DNA of 64,000 bases from an uncultured Bacilli bacterium (lineage in GTDB: Bacteria; Bacillota_I; Bacilli_A; RF39; UBA660): assembly GCA_963931545.1 (NCBI GenBank), contig OZ007025.1, positions 887,692 to 951,691 of the forward strand. Direction: 5' to 3'. Positions 1 through 8,092 of this stretch are shown here, in pieces (position 1 is the first letter of the stretch; each line of letters begins with the position of its first letter). Under the pieces are notes generated by a model. It worked only from the letters and a program-made list of their open reading frames with translations. It was not told where the DNA came from and did no database searches. A program made the position numbers and the translations under genes.

Positions 1-2
1 AT

Positions 3-215
3 TTAGTTTCTACGAATAAGAAATTAGTACACGATCAAGACGATTATTTTTTCCCAGAGCCAACCTTTTATAGAGTTAAAAAATTTGTAAATAATCACGC
101 AGAAATTATTGACGAATTACCTAAAAATATGACTTATAAAGAATATTTAAAATATAAAGAAAGCACTTATGAGAATAAAAAAGATATTGAAAAAGGCAGC
201 ATGGAATTGGGCTAA
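3..215 (+). CDS. C-terminal fragment of unknown protein, probably mobile-element cargo (ORF continues upstream of window)
   Basis: An open frame runs from the window edge to a TAA at 213-215. It sits directly upstream of the coupling-protein gene. No motif was recognised. Confidence 0.2.
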   Translation, partial: LVSTNKKLVHDQDDYFFPEPTFYRVKKFVNNHAEIIDELPKNMTYKEYLKYKESTYENKKDIEKGSMELG

Positions 216-313
216 ATTTTGGGGTACACATTACCGTATTTATTTGGCTGATAAAAAGAAAATAGCCACTATACTAGTGTATCATCATAAAATTTATATT
301 TTGGATTACAACA

Positions 314-2509
314 ATGATACTAGACAATAACCTGTCTTTTTTTTATGTCTTAATTTTATTTCTAGTAATAGGTGCAATAATATTTATAGTGTTAATACAG
401 CCTAGACTTAATCAAAGAAAAGTAAAAAATAAAAATGAGTATGGCTCATCAAAGTTTGCTACCAAAAAAGAAATTGCTAAAACGTTTAAAAAAGAAAATA
501 TTTATAATATCAAAGAAGCTGGCTTTCCTGTTTATTTTGAAAATAAAAATAATCAGTTTGAATATGTTTACTTTGATAATATAAGTCCTCATTGGCTTTT
601 AATTGGTAGTACTGGCTCTGGTAAATCAGCAACAGTTGTACTTTCAGAGTGTATAATGTTTGCTACTGCTAAAGAAAAAGAAAGCTTAATTATCACTGAT
701 CCTAAAGGCGAAATATTTTCTAAAACTTCTAGTATATTTAAAGATAATGGCTATGAAAATATTATTACTATTGATTTTAGGAATCCTCATTTATCTACGC
801 ATATAAATATTATGCAACCGATTATTGATGAGTGGAAAGTTCATTGTGTATATGAAGAAAAGTTATTTTATTCTATCTGTTATTTATTTCATATTTTACA
901 AATTGATTTTGAACAAATTATTATAAATGAACAATATAAAAATAATATTAAAGTAACTTATAAACTAGATGACTATATCATTGAGTATATTTTAAATAAC
1001 ATTGATGCTATCAAAGATAAACTAGAAAGCGAAGATTTTTTTGATTTATTAAAAGAAAAAGTTGATTATGAATACAAATCTATTAATAATTCGGAGCTTT
1101 TAAATTATATAAAGCAATATCAAAATCAAAGTTCTTCTAGTCAAGCTGAAGCTACTAGACTTATTAATAATTTAGCTGATTTAATATTCGCTGAAAAAGA
1201 AACAAAAGATCCGTTTTGGTTAAACTCATCTAAAAATCTTTTCAAAGGTATTGCTGGTATTTTTTTAGAAGATTACGAAAGTGGCTTGATACCAGAAAAT
1301 AAGATAAATGTTTCTAGTATTAAAAAGTTTCAAAACTCCTCTTTATTAAAAGAAAATCAAATCTATTTACAGAGAAACTTAAATACTAGAGATTATGGTA
1401 CTATTTCAAAAGATTATCTTACTTCTATTTTATCGGCGAGTGAAAATACATATAAATCAATTACAGCTGTCTTTGGCGAAAAAATGCAAATCTTTGATGA
1501 CCTTAATGTAGAAAACATTACTAGCTCTAGTGATTTTGAAATATCTTCTTTAGTTGATAAACCTAGTGTACTTTATATTATCGTTCCTGACGAGGATAAG
1601 AGCTATTACCAGCTCGTTACTATTATTGTAGGTATTCTTTATAAGGAACTAACTAAAATCGCTAATATGCCCCATAATAACGGAAAATTACCACGTAAAA
1701 TTGAGTGGATATTAGATGAGTTCGCAAACTGTCCACCGTTGAGTGATATTGAAACGATCGTATCTGTTGCTAGATCAAGAAATATGCGTTTTCAATTCTT
1801 TATTCAGTCTTTTGCTCAACTAGACCAAGTTTATGGGAAAGAATCATCTTCTATTATTCAAGATAATTCAGCACTTACATATCTAAAAACTAACAGTATT
1901 GACTGTGCCGATGTTATTAGTCGTAAACTTGGTAAATCCACTATTGAAACCCAGTCAATAAGCCAAAGTACTGACACCTTTAAAGTAGGTGCTAATAAGA
2001 CTACTTCTCTACTTGGTAGGGAACTTTTAACGGCTAATGAAATAATCGCTTTAAAATATAAAACTATTATTTTTCCAACCGTTTCTAATCCAATTTTTAG
2101 AGATACTTATTTATATAGTGATATATTTAAAAATTATCAATTTAATCCAATTACTAGACAAATAAAAATGATTAAGAAGAATACTCAAAATTATTATACT
2201 GTTGAACAAATGAGAGCTAACTATGAAAATCAAAATAATGACGAAGATAGTTCTGATGACAGTGATATTATGCCTATTGAAAATAATATATCTAATTTAT
2301 CTTTTGTTATATCCAATATTGAAGATATATTAAAAGTAAAAGCTAATAACAATAAAATAGTTTTAGATAGAAAGATTAATATGTATGAAGAAAACAAAAT
2401 ATTAGAACAACTACTACCTATGATTAATATAGAAATTAAGACTGTAAGTGAAAGTAATAAAACGATTATTACTTTTTTTGATGCTGAAAAGTATCGTTAT
2501 TATTTATAA
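314..2509 (+). CDS. Type IV secretion coupling protein (TraG/VirD4/TraD family ATPase) of a conjugative element
   Basis: The protein has an N-terminal TM helix, a Walker A motif (GSTGSGKS) and a large 731-aa soluble domain. It lies immediately upstream of an excisionase-like and an integrase gene. Confidence 0.6.
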   Translation: MILDNNLSFFYVLILFLVIGAIIFIVLIQPRLNQRKVKNKNEYGSSKFATKKEIAKTFKKENIYNIKEAGFPVYFENKNNQFEYVYFDNISPHWLLIGSTGSGKSATVVLSECIMFATAKEKESLIITDPKGEIFSKTSSIFKDNGYENIITIDFRNPHLSTHINIMQPIIDEWKVHCVYEEKLFYSICYLFHILQIDFEQIIINEQYKNNIKVTYKLDDYIIEYILNNIDAIKDKLESEDFFDLLKEKVDYEYKSINNSELLNYIKQYQNQSSSSQAEATRLINNLADLIFAEKETKDPFWLNSSKNLFKGIAGIFLEDYESGLIPENKINVSSIKKFQNSSLLKENQIYLQRNLNTRDYGTISKDYLTSILSASENTYKSITAVFGEKMQIFDDLNVENITSSSDFEISSLVDKPSVLYIIVPDEDKSYYQLVTIIVGILYKELTKIANMPHNNGKLPRKIEWILDEFANCPPLSDIETIVSVARSRNMRFQFFIQSFAQLDQVYGKESSSIIQDNSALTYLKTNSIDCADVISRKLGKSTIETQSISQSTDTFKVGANKTTSLLGRELLTANEIIALKYKTIIFPTVSNPIFRDTYLYSDIFKNYQFNPITRQIKMIKKNTQNYYTVEQMRANYENQNNDEDSSDDSDIMPIENNISNLSFVISNIEDILKVKANNNKIVLDRKINMYEENKILEQLLPMINIEIKTVSESNKTIITFFDAEKYRYYL

Positions 2510-2533
2510 AAAATGAAAGGAGGAATTACTTAT

Positions 2534-2830
2534 ATGCCTAATGATGAAGTTATTGATTATTTAAAAAATATTACTGTCTGCGAATTTATATCTTTAATGG
2601 CTAATAATGATAAAACTAAAAATACTTCTACGGTTTATACTACTGATGAATTATTAGAACACTATCCAATGTTTAGTAGATTTACTTTAAACAAAGCTAT
2701 TAAGGAGCAAAAATTACCATACTATCGTGAGGGACACAAAATGTATTTTGAAAAGAAATTAGTCGATCAATGGATTAATGAACATACTTCTACTTATACC
2801 AAGAGAAATAAAGATAAATATAGGCTATAA
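2534..2830 (+). CDS. Excisionase-like HTH DNA-binding protein (Xis/HTH_17-like)
   Basis: A small basic protein whose C-terminal half resembles excisionase-family HTH domains. An AAAGGAGG RBS sits 10 nt before the ATG at 2534 (the track ORF starts earlier, at 2513). The gene sits between the T4CP and integrase genes. Confidence 0.45.
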   Translation: MPNDEVIDYLKNITVCEFISLMANNDKTKNTSTVYTTDELLEHYPMFSRFTLNKAIKEQKLPYYREGHKMYFEKKLVDQWINEHTSTYTKRNKDKYRL

Positions 2831-2839
2831 GACAGAATT

Positions 2840-4120
2840 ATGAGTGAAACAAAGAAATATCCATATACAGTAGAGCCTAATATAATTAAATTAGCTCCAA
2901 ATTATTATAGAATATTGATAAAAAAAGGTAGTGGTAAAAATCAACAAGTATTTTCTGAATATGTATCAGGTAAAATTGGAGATGCTAGAGCTGTTAAAAG
3001 AAAGGGTTTTGCAGAGTTAGAAAATCAAAAAGCAAAAGAAAAGGATAAAGGAAAAATAACATTATTTGAATTTAGTAAAGAGTGGTTACAATTTTGTAGA
3101 GATACAGGATTAAGCCCTACAACTATAAATGGTTATAAAACTAGATTAAATAATTATATATTACCAGAACTAGGTGGCTATCCGTTAGAAAAAATAAATG
3201 CTTATGTTATTGATAAGCTATTTGTAGAATTAAAAAACCGTGATAAACAAACACCTAATTCAGATGGGGAAATAGAAAAATTATCCTCATCTTCTTTAAA
3301 TGGTGCATACCGAGTTTTAAGAAATTTATTAAACAGAGCTGTTATATGGGATTATATCGAATATAATCCTATTCATAAAGTAAAATGTCCATCAGCAAAA
3401 CCTCGTAAAGAAAAAGAAACTTATAATAAAGAAGAATTATTTACTACAATTAAGTTATTATTAGACTACAATAAAAAATATGGTGGTATGTTTATTATTG
3501 ACTGTTGTACTGGTTTAAGAAGATGCGAGTTAAATGGACTTCATATTGAAAAAACAAGAAAGCATGATAAAGATATAGAATTAGACGTTGAGTTTGTTAA
3601 TAAAGATGGTGAAAAATATATCGGTGGACTTGTGTTCGCTAGACACTCTGTTGTTTTTGACAAAGAGCTTAAAAAGGTTGTTGAAAGAGATATACCTAAA
3701 ACCGAAAAAGGAAAACGTGGTATTCCAATACCCCCTATATGTGTTGAAGCAATACGTGAGTGTATAAAATATCGTGAAAAAGAAATCCAGTTATTAAGAA
3801 ATAAATACGGTAAAGATTTAGAAATTGTCCCAAATTTATTTTTAGGAAAAACTGGAGGCTTAATGCACCCAGATACTTTGAGCCATAACTGGACTAAATT
3901 CAGAGAAAGAAATAAAGGGTTACTACCAAATAAAAATGTAACTCTTTATGGGTTACGTCATAGCTTTTGTACTTATATGAGAACTAATCCAGAAATTACT
4001 ATAAATGAAATCATGAATTTAATGGGACATACAGACGAAAAAACAACCGATAATTATACCCACTCAAATAGAGAAATTGGCGATAAAATTATTGGAATGT
4101 GGGACGGTTTAGAGCTTTAA
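2840..4120 (+). CDS. int: Tyrosine-type site-specific recombinase / phage-ICE integrase
   Basis: The C-terminal catalytic domain carries the expected R (GLRRCEL), HxxR (LRHSFCTYMR) and GHTD...NYTHS (catalytic Tyr) signatures. It also has an N-terminal SAM-like and arm-binding region. The gene lies next to a tRNA 3' fragment. Confidence 0.8.
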   Translation: MSETKKYPYTVEPNIIKLAPNYYRILIKKGSGKNQQVFSEYVSGKIGDARAVKRKGFAELENQKAKEKDKGKITLFEFSKEWLQFCRDTGLSPTTINGYKTRLNNYILPELGGYPLEKINAYVIDKLFVELKNRDKQTPNSDGEIEKLSSSSLNGAYRVLRNLLNRAVIWDYIEYNPIHKVKCPSAKPRKEKETYNKEELFTTIKLLLDYNKKYGGMFIIDCCTGLRRCELNGLHIEKTRKHDKDIELDVEFVNKDGEKYIGGLVFARHSVVFDKELKKVVERDIPKTEKGKRGIPIPPICVEAIRECIKYREKEIQLLRNKYGKDLEIVPNLFLGKTGGLMHPDTLSHNWTKFRERNKGLLPNKNVTLYGLRHSFCTYMRTNPEITINEIMNLMGHTDEKTTDNYTHSNREIGDKIIGMWDGLEL

Positions 4121-4182
4121 AATAAAGGGAATTAACTAAAGTTGATCAACTTTTTAGTTAGTTCCCACTTTTTTTGTTTTTT

Positions 4183-4215
4183 AGTACCCATTTTAGTACC
4201 CACTTTTGTTAAAAT
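4183..4215 (+). repeat. Two tandem direct repeats TTTTAGTACCCA(T/C), candidate integrase arm-type binding sites
   Basis: The direct repeats were read from the sequence between the integrase stop and the tRNA fragment. Confidence 0.3.
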
Positions 4216-4360
4216 GAGTTAAAATGATTAAAAATAATTGATAGTAATTTAAAATTAAATTATAATTAATTTGTTAATACAAATAAACGAAAAGTATTGT
4301 TTTTCCTGTGTTTATTGACTGTTTGTGTTTTATGGGTGTTAATAATAGTTGATAGGTATT

Positions 4361-4421
4361 TTGAAAACGCAGTTGACTTCTAAGGCGTGGGTCGTAGGTT
4401 CGAATCCTACTGGGGACGCCA
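4361..4421 (+). tRNA. 3' partial tRNA (anticodon loop through CCA), probable attR remnant
   Basis: The sequence TTGAAAA-CGCAG, a long variable region, the T-arm GTAGGTTCGAATCCTAC, the 3' acceptor strand TGGGGACG and CCA are all present. No complementary 5' acceptor strand (GTCCCCA) occurs upstream, so the gene is truncated at the anticodon loop. A UGA anticodon with a long variable arm suggests tRNA-Ser. Confidence 0.55.
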
Positions 4422-4433
4422 TTTTAGATAATT

Positions 4434-4462
4434 AAAGCCCTTGAATTGCAGGGCTTTTTTTA
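4434..4462 (+). terminator. Rho-independent terminator
   Basis: The hairpin AAAGCCC-ttgaattgca-GGGCTTT is followed by a T-run. Confidence 0.6.
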
Positions 4463-4544
4463 TATAAAAAAACAACTATGTATTAGCAAGTTAGTTGTTT
4501 TAGTATTATTACAATTAATGATAAGTATTGAAATTAATAAAATT

Positions 4545-5906
4545 CTACTTTATATATTTATTATTTTTTTGACAAATAATACCAATATTCCAATCATTTT
4601 CACCAAGATTATCTTTTAGATATGAAAATATATTTATTATTTTAAAATTATGTTTTTCTAATAGTTCGATTATATCTTCTATTTTGAAACAAAAAATTTG
4701 TTCTTTGATATTTATGGTTATATTTTTATTTTTATCTTGTATATGATAGGAATATTCTAAATCAAGAATGTTTTTTGAGTTTAATTTGGCATTTGATTTT
4801 CTTTTTATTGTAATTTCTTTATCGTTAACTTTTTTTTCTTGAGGTGATAGTCCTTGATGCATAATACCTTTTAAATTATAAAAATTAAAATAAAAATATC
4901 CATTTTCATTTAGTACTTGATATATATTTTTAATCATGTCTTTTACTTTTTCTTTTGTTAATTGGTAATCTATCACATGTGATAAGGCAATTACACAATC
5001 ATATTTCTTTTGTGGAATATTTTTGGTGATATCTAAACATTCATATAATATATCTTTGTTTTTACGTTTAGCATATTCTATCATATCTGGGCTTATATCT
5101 ATTCCTTCTATTTTTAAGTTATTTTCTTTTAGATATTTATCATGTTCTCCTGTACCACAGCCAACATCTAATATAGTTTTTATATTGTTTTCTTTTAAAA
5201 ATTTTAATAGTATATTTATTTCTTTTTTAAAATTGCTATTTTTTAAGAAAAATATATCATAGTAATTTACTAGTTTTCCTTGAAAAGATGATGTTTGAAT
5301 GTTATTTTCTTTATCTCTTTTCAGTTTTGAGTAAATACAGCCACAGTAATCTTGACGATATAGGCCAAATTCTTTGGATAGTTCAATACTTCTTTTATAT
5401 CCATTTTTCTTTTTAAAATCAGCATATAAGTATGTTGGTTTATACTCAAAATTTAAATTTTCTCCTATTTCATTTAACCAGTTACTATTTTTATAAGGAC
5501 TGATGGAAAGTGTTGTTGTAAAATAATCAAAATTGAGCTTTTGTGCTACTTGTGCGGTTTCTCTTAGTCTTAATTCATAACATTTGTAGCACCTTTTTCC
5601 TCTTTCTTTTTCTTCTTCTAATCCTTTTGACATGTCAAAAAATTCTTGCGGATTATATCTTCCATCTAGAACTTTGATATTGTTTTTTTGAAGTTTTTGG
5701 ACAAATGTTTTTATTTCGCTTAGTCTTTTTTGATATTCTTTTTTATCTGTTATATTAGGGTTATAATAAAAAATGGTAATATCAAAGTAGTCAGTTAGTC
5801 TTTCTAAAACAGCTGATGAACATGGTGCACAACAGGCATGCAATAGAAGTGATTTTTTTTCTGATAAGTTTTGTATTTGACGCTCCATCTCTAAATCGTA
5901 GTTCAT
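4545..5906 (-). CDS. queH: Epoxyqueuosine reductase QueH (DUF208) fused to a C-terminal class I SAM-dependent methyltransferase domain
   Basis: The N-terminal 200 aa carry the QueH Cys cluster (LLLHACCAPCS, CYKCYELR, DYCGC). The C-terminal 250 aa carry methyltransferase motif I (LDVGCGTGEH), the post-I motif (IEGIDIS) and motif II (YDCVIAL). Confidence 0.6.
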   Translation of the reverse strand: MNYDLEMERQIQNLSEKKSLLLHACCAPCSSAVLERLTDYFDITIFYYNPNITDKKEYQKRLSEIKTFVQKLQKNNIKVLDGRYNPQEFFDMSKGLEEEKERGKRCYKCYELRLRETAQVAQKLNFDYFTTTLSISPYKNSNWLNEIGENLNFEYKPTYLYADFKKKNGYKRSIELSKEFGLYRQDYCGCIYSKLKRDKENNIQTSSFQGKLVNYYDIFFLKNSNFKKEINILLKFLKENNIKTILDVGCGTGEHDKYLKENNLKIEGIDISPDMIEYAKRKNKDILYECLDITKNIPQKKYDCVIALSHVIDYQLTKEKVKDMIKNIYQVLNENGYFYFNFYNLKGIMHQGLSPQEKKVNDKEITIKRKSNAKLNSKNILDLEYSYHIQDKNKNITINIKEQIFCFKIEDIIELLEKHNFKIINIFSYLKDNLGENDWNIGIICQKNNKYIK

Positions 5907-6091
5907 TATCCCACCTCTTTCCCATTATACCATATTTTATATATATTTTACCTAGTAATGACTATAAGAGTTGGTATGAAATTTCAATATTTAATTATTT
6001 TATATTTTTTGTTAAATGAATTTTAGTAAATTATGATTTTTTCAAATAAATTTCACATAAATTGGTTATCCTATATTTGAGGGAGATGGAT

Positions 6092-7690
6092 ATGAAAAAA
6101 CATAAAAAGAAATTTTTGATAGGACTTTTAATTATTTTAGTTTTAGGCGGATTAGGATTTGGGGGGTATAAATATTATCAATATTATGATGATACAAAAT
6201 TAGAAAATAAAAATTGGATGAATAGACATATTGCTTTAGAAGAAAATGAAGAGGGAGTATATGAAGTAAATACTATTAACACTAATGAAGATATATCTAT
6301 TTTTAATTTGGTTTATCAAGATACTATTGAAAATAAAATTGAAAATTTAAAAGATGATGGTAATTATTCTTTAGAAAATCCTTTAATTATATATAATCCT
6401 TATGGTACAGCAAGTCAATCTTATTATGTATATTTAGGTAATAGTTATGATAATTTAAATTATACTATTAGTGTGGATGGATATGAGGATTATGAACATG
6501 ATTTAGGAGAAGATAATGAATATCAATTAATTGGATTTATTCCTGGAAAAACAAATACTTTGACTATAAGTTCAAATGGAGAAAGTGTAATAAAAGAAAT
6601 TACTACTCCTGATATTAAAGCAGATGTTGATTTAAAACTTGAAGAAACATCTTCAAGTGATGAGGATTTAACTGAAGGATTATATACTGTTTTAGGACAT
6701 GATAAAAATTATGAAGCTAATGTTTATCTATATGATAATAATGGTATTTTAAGAAATGAACTTATTTTAGATGATTATAGAGCTGATAGAATTATATTTG
6801 ATGATGGATATATGTATTACCCTTATGAAAGCCGTGGAATTATGAAAGTTAATTCTTTAGGTAAGATTGAAAAAATGTATGATTTAGGAAAATACAGAAT
6901 GCATCATGATATGATTTTAGATGGTAATAATTTAGTTATTTTAGTAGATGAGGTTGGCTCTGATACTAAAGAAGATGTCATTATTTCACTTAATCTTGAA
7001 AATGGAAAAATTGATAACATAATTGATATGAAAGATTTACTACCAGAATTATATGAAAAAGCTATTTTACCAGAGGATAACAAAACTTTAGATTGGTTAC
7101 ATTTAAATAGTTTAACTTTAAAAGATGATGATTTGATTTTAAGTTCAAGAGAACTTTCGACAATTATTTATTTATCTGATTATAAAAATAATCCTACTAT
7201 TAAATATTTGATTACAAATGAAAGTATGTTAGAAGGAACTAGTTATAAAGATTTACTTTATACTAAAAAAGGCAGTTTTATAGATAGTGCGGGACAACAT
7301 GCAATTACATATATGCCTTTAGATGATGATGAATATTATTTATATATGTTTAATAATAACTATGGCTCTATTGTTACAAGACCTGATTTAAATTGGGATA
7401 ATTATCCTGATGTTGGAAGTTATGAGGAAGGAGAAACATCTTATTTTTATAAATATAAAGTTAATGATGAAGATAAGACATATGAACTTGATGAGAGTTT
7501 AGAGATTCCTTATTCTAGTATTGTCAGCAGCGTGCAGATTTATGATGATAATTTAATTGTCGGTAGTGGTATGGATAATTCATTTGGCGAATATGATGAA
7601 GATGGAAATTTAATTAAACAGTTTACATATGGAGCTAAAAAGTATGCTTATAGAGTGTTTAAGTATTCATTTGATAATTGGTTTAATTAA
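6092..7690 (+). CDS. Membrane-anchored arylsulfotransferase (ASST)-family beta-propeller protein, paralog 1
   Basis: The protein has an N-terminal TM helix, an N-terminal NPYGT motif and an HHD motif. It is similar to the second copy at 46499-48229. A GAGGGAG RBS precedes the ATG at 6092. Confidence 0.4.
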   Translation: MKKHKKKFLIGLLIILVLGGLGFGGYKYYQYYDDTKLENKNWMNRHIALEENEEGVYEVNTINTNEDISIFNLVYQDTIENKIENLKDDGNYSLENPLIIYNPYGTASQSYYVYLGNSYDNLNYTISVDGYEDYEHDLGEDNEYQLIGFIPGKTNTLTISSNGESVIKEITTPDIKADVDLKLEETSSSDEDLTEGLYTVLGHDKNYEANVYLYDNNGILRNELILDDYRADRIIFDDGYMYYPYESRGIMKVNSLGKIEKMYDLGKYRMHHDMILDGNNLVILVDEVGSDTKEDVIISLNLENGKIDNIIDMKDLLPELYEKAILPEDNKTLDWLHLNSLTLKDDDLILSSRELSTIIYLSDYKNNPTIKYLITNESMLEGTSYKDLLYTKKGSFIDSAGQHAITYMPLDDDEYYLYMFNNNYGSIVTRPDLNWDNYPDVGSYEEGETSYFYKYKVNDEDKTYELDESLEIPYSSIVSSVQIYDDNLIVGSGMDNSFGEYDEDGNLIKQFTYGAKKYAYRVFKYSFDNWFN

Positions 7691-7724
7691 AAGATTTACG
7701 CAGAATTAACGTAAATCTTTTTTA
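7691..7724. terminator. Bidirectional rho-independent terminator
   Basis: The hairpin AAGATTTACG-cagaattaa-CGTAAATCTT is flanked by A- and T-runs between convergent genes. Confidence 0.5.
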
Positions 7725-8092
7725 TATATATTTATTTTTACTAGTTCTTGTTTTGATGTAATAGCTTCATAAAAATTTTCATATCTAAAATCATATTTAG
7801 TAGCTAAATTATTTGATTTTGTTAAATATACTGGGATATGTAACGTTATATATTTAAAATCATTTTGTAATGTTTTAAAAATCAATTCCATTATTTTGCT
7901 ATTTTCCATTATATCTGGTTTAATAATTCTTATCATTAGCCGATTATTTTCATTACTAAAAACCCAAAAATCATAGTTTAATTTATCATATATTCTATAA
8001 TAAATACAGTTTCCATTTTTAACCTCTTCGCCAACTAGTGTTTGTTTCATGTTCTTATCTAATTTGCTATAATTTAATTTTTCTATTTTCAT
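7706..8092 (-). CDS. Hypothetical protein, translationally coupled to topA (ATGA overlap)
   Basis: A 128-aa ORF whose start overlaps the topA stop by 4 nt. No motif was recognised. Confidence 0.3.
   Translation of the reverse strand: MKIEKLNYSKLDKNMKQTLVGEEVKNGNCIYYRIYDKLNYDFWVFSNENNRLMIRIIKPDIMENSKIMELIFKTLQNDFKYITLHIPVYLTKSNNLATKYDFRYENFYEAITSKQELVKINIYKKDLR

Noticed and set aside
4300-4425. Complete tRNA gene downstream of the integrase
   Set aside because: The T-arm, variable arm, anticodon-loop 3' half and CCA end are present. No 5' acceptor strand complementary to TGGGGAC exists upstream, and no D-arm is present. It is a 3' fragment (att site), not a functional tRNA.
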